A stretch of DNA of 64,000 nt from Camelus dromedarius (lineage: Eukaryota): the NCBI RefSeq assembly GCF_036321535.1, contig NC_087447.1, positions 43,898,001 to 43,962,000 of the forward strand. The letters run 5' to 3'. The translations under genes and the position numbers were made by a program. Under the pieces are notes generated by a model. It saw only the letters and a program-made list of their open reading frames with translations, had not been told where the DNA came from and did not search any database. Numbering within the stretch: position 1 is the first letter of the stretch; every line of letters begins with the position of its first letter. Positions 63,217-64,000 of the stretch are shown here, one piece after another.

Positions 63217-64000
63217 AAGATAAAAAAAGACAGAAATCAGTCTGGGGTTGAGGGGATGATTTATTCATTCACTTAATATTTGGGCACCTATTATGTTCCA
63301 GAAATTGGCCAATGTACTATAAAGATCATAGTGAACCAGACAGAGAAATAGAGCTTGCATTCTAATGGAGGAAGGCAAACATTAAACAAGTAAGAAAAAA
63401 ATCTATCATATAAGTTCAGATGTGTGTCCTCTGAAGAAAAATAAACCCAGGGGAAAAATAAGTACATATGGGGCCTTTCTGAGAAGGTCTGATGGAGCAG
63501 AGAGACTCAGTGGAGAGAGTGGTGAGCCTTGTGGGACTTCGGGAGGAAGATTTCAGGCAGAAGACCATCTAGAGTAACAGCCAGAAGGATGACTCCAGTT
63601 TGCGGTATGTTGAATTTGAGGTGACTTTGGTCTAACCAGATGGAGACATTCAGGAAGCAGTTAAATATACAGGTCTGAAGCTCAGCAGAGGCTGGGCTGG
63701 AAGGTGGGTTTGGAACCATCAGCATACTGGAGGCTGGAGGGGAAGACTTGGGGTGCAAAAGTGCAAAAAGTGAGAAAGCAGTGGCCAAGCTAGTTAATTA
63801 AGACACATCAACATTTAAGGGACACACAGAAGAATAGAAACCCAGGAAGGAGAAGATGAAGAATGAGATTCCATGTTGCAAAATTCAAGAGAAAAAGAAG
63901 CAGTGATCATCGCTTCAAAAGGAGCGGCACTCCAATAGCTGAAACGTGGCCCGCTGGGAGTAGCAATCAGCAGGACACTGATGACTGTCGTTAAAGCAGC

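Noticed and set aside
1..64000. A novel multi-gene system (operon, CRISPR array, defence island, nested gene)
   Set aside because: The sequence is mammalian intron. I found no repeat-spacer array and no intact non-SYT9 coding sequence. The long ORFs are explained by SYT9 exons or L1 fragments.

Overview
This is eukaryotic (mammalian) genomic DNA, most likely from a camelid, judged from tRNA-derived vic-1-like SINEs and the L1 3' ends. The whole window appears to lie inside the synaptotagmin-9 gene (SYT9) on the minus strand. Two coding exons are present with canonical AG/GT borders. Exon 2 (33056..32705, 352 nt) encodes the transmembrane helix and linker. Exon 3 (23493..22947, 547 nt) encodes the rest of the linker and the C2A domain with all five Ca2+-ligand Asp residues. 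I did not find exon 1 or exon 4 onward. The rest is intron, densely filled with L1, L2, CR1/L3, MIR, SINE, solo LTR and DNA-transposon relics plus simple repeats. Nearly all other ORFs in the track are chance ORFs or L1 fragments. I found no credible previously undescribed multi-gene system. The most unusual signals are retrotransposition or repair footprints and candidate regulatory elements: an L1 RT fragment with no poly(A) but a perfect 15-bp target-site duplication (TSD), a 5'-inverted L1 with an internal deletion, a short telomeric repeat inside an old L1, a CpG-rich E-box/homeobox/NRF1 motif cluster, a sense solo LTR with a TATA-like motif and splice donor, and several tandem duplications. 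Repeat family names come from recalled consensus sequences and need RepeatMasker confirmation.
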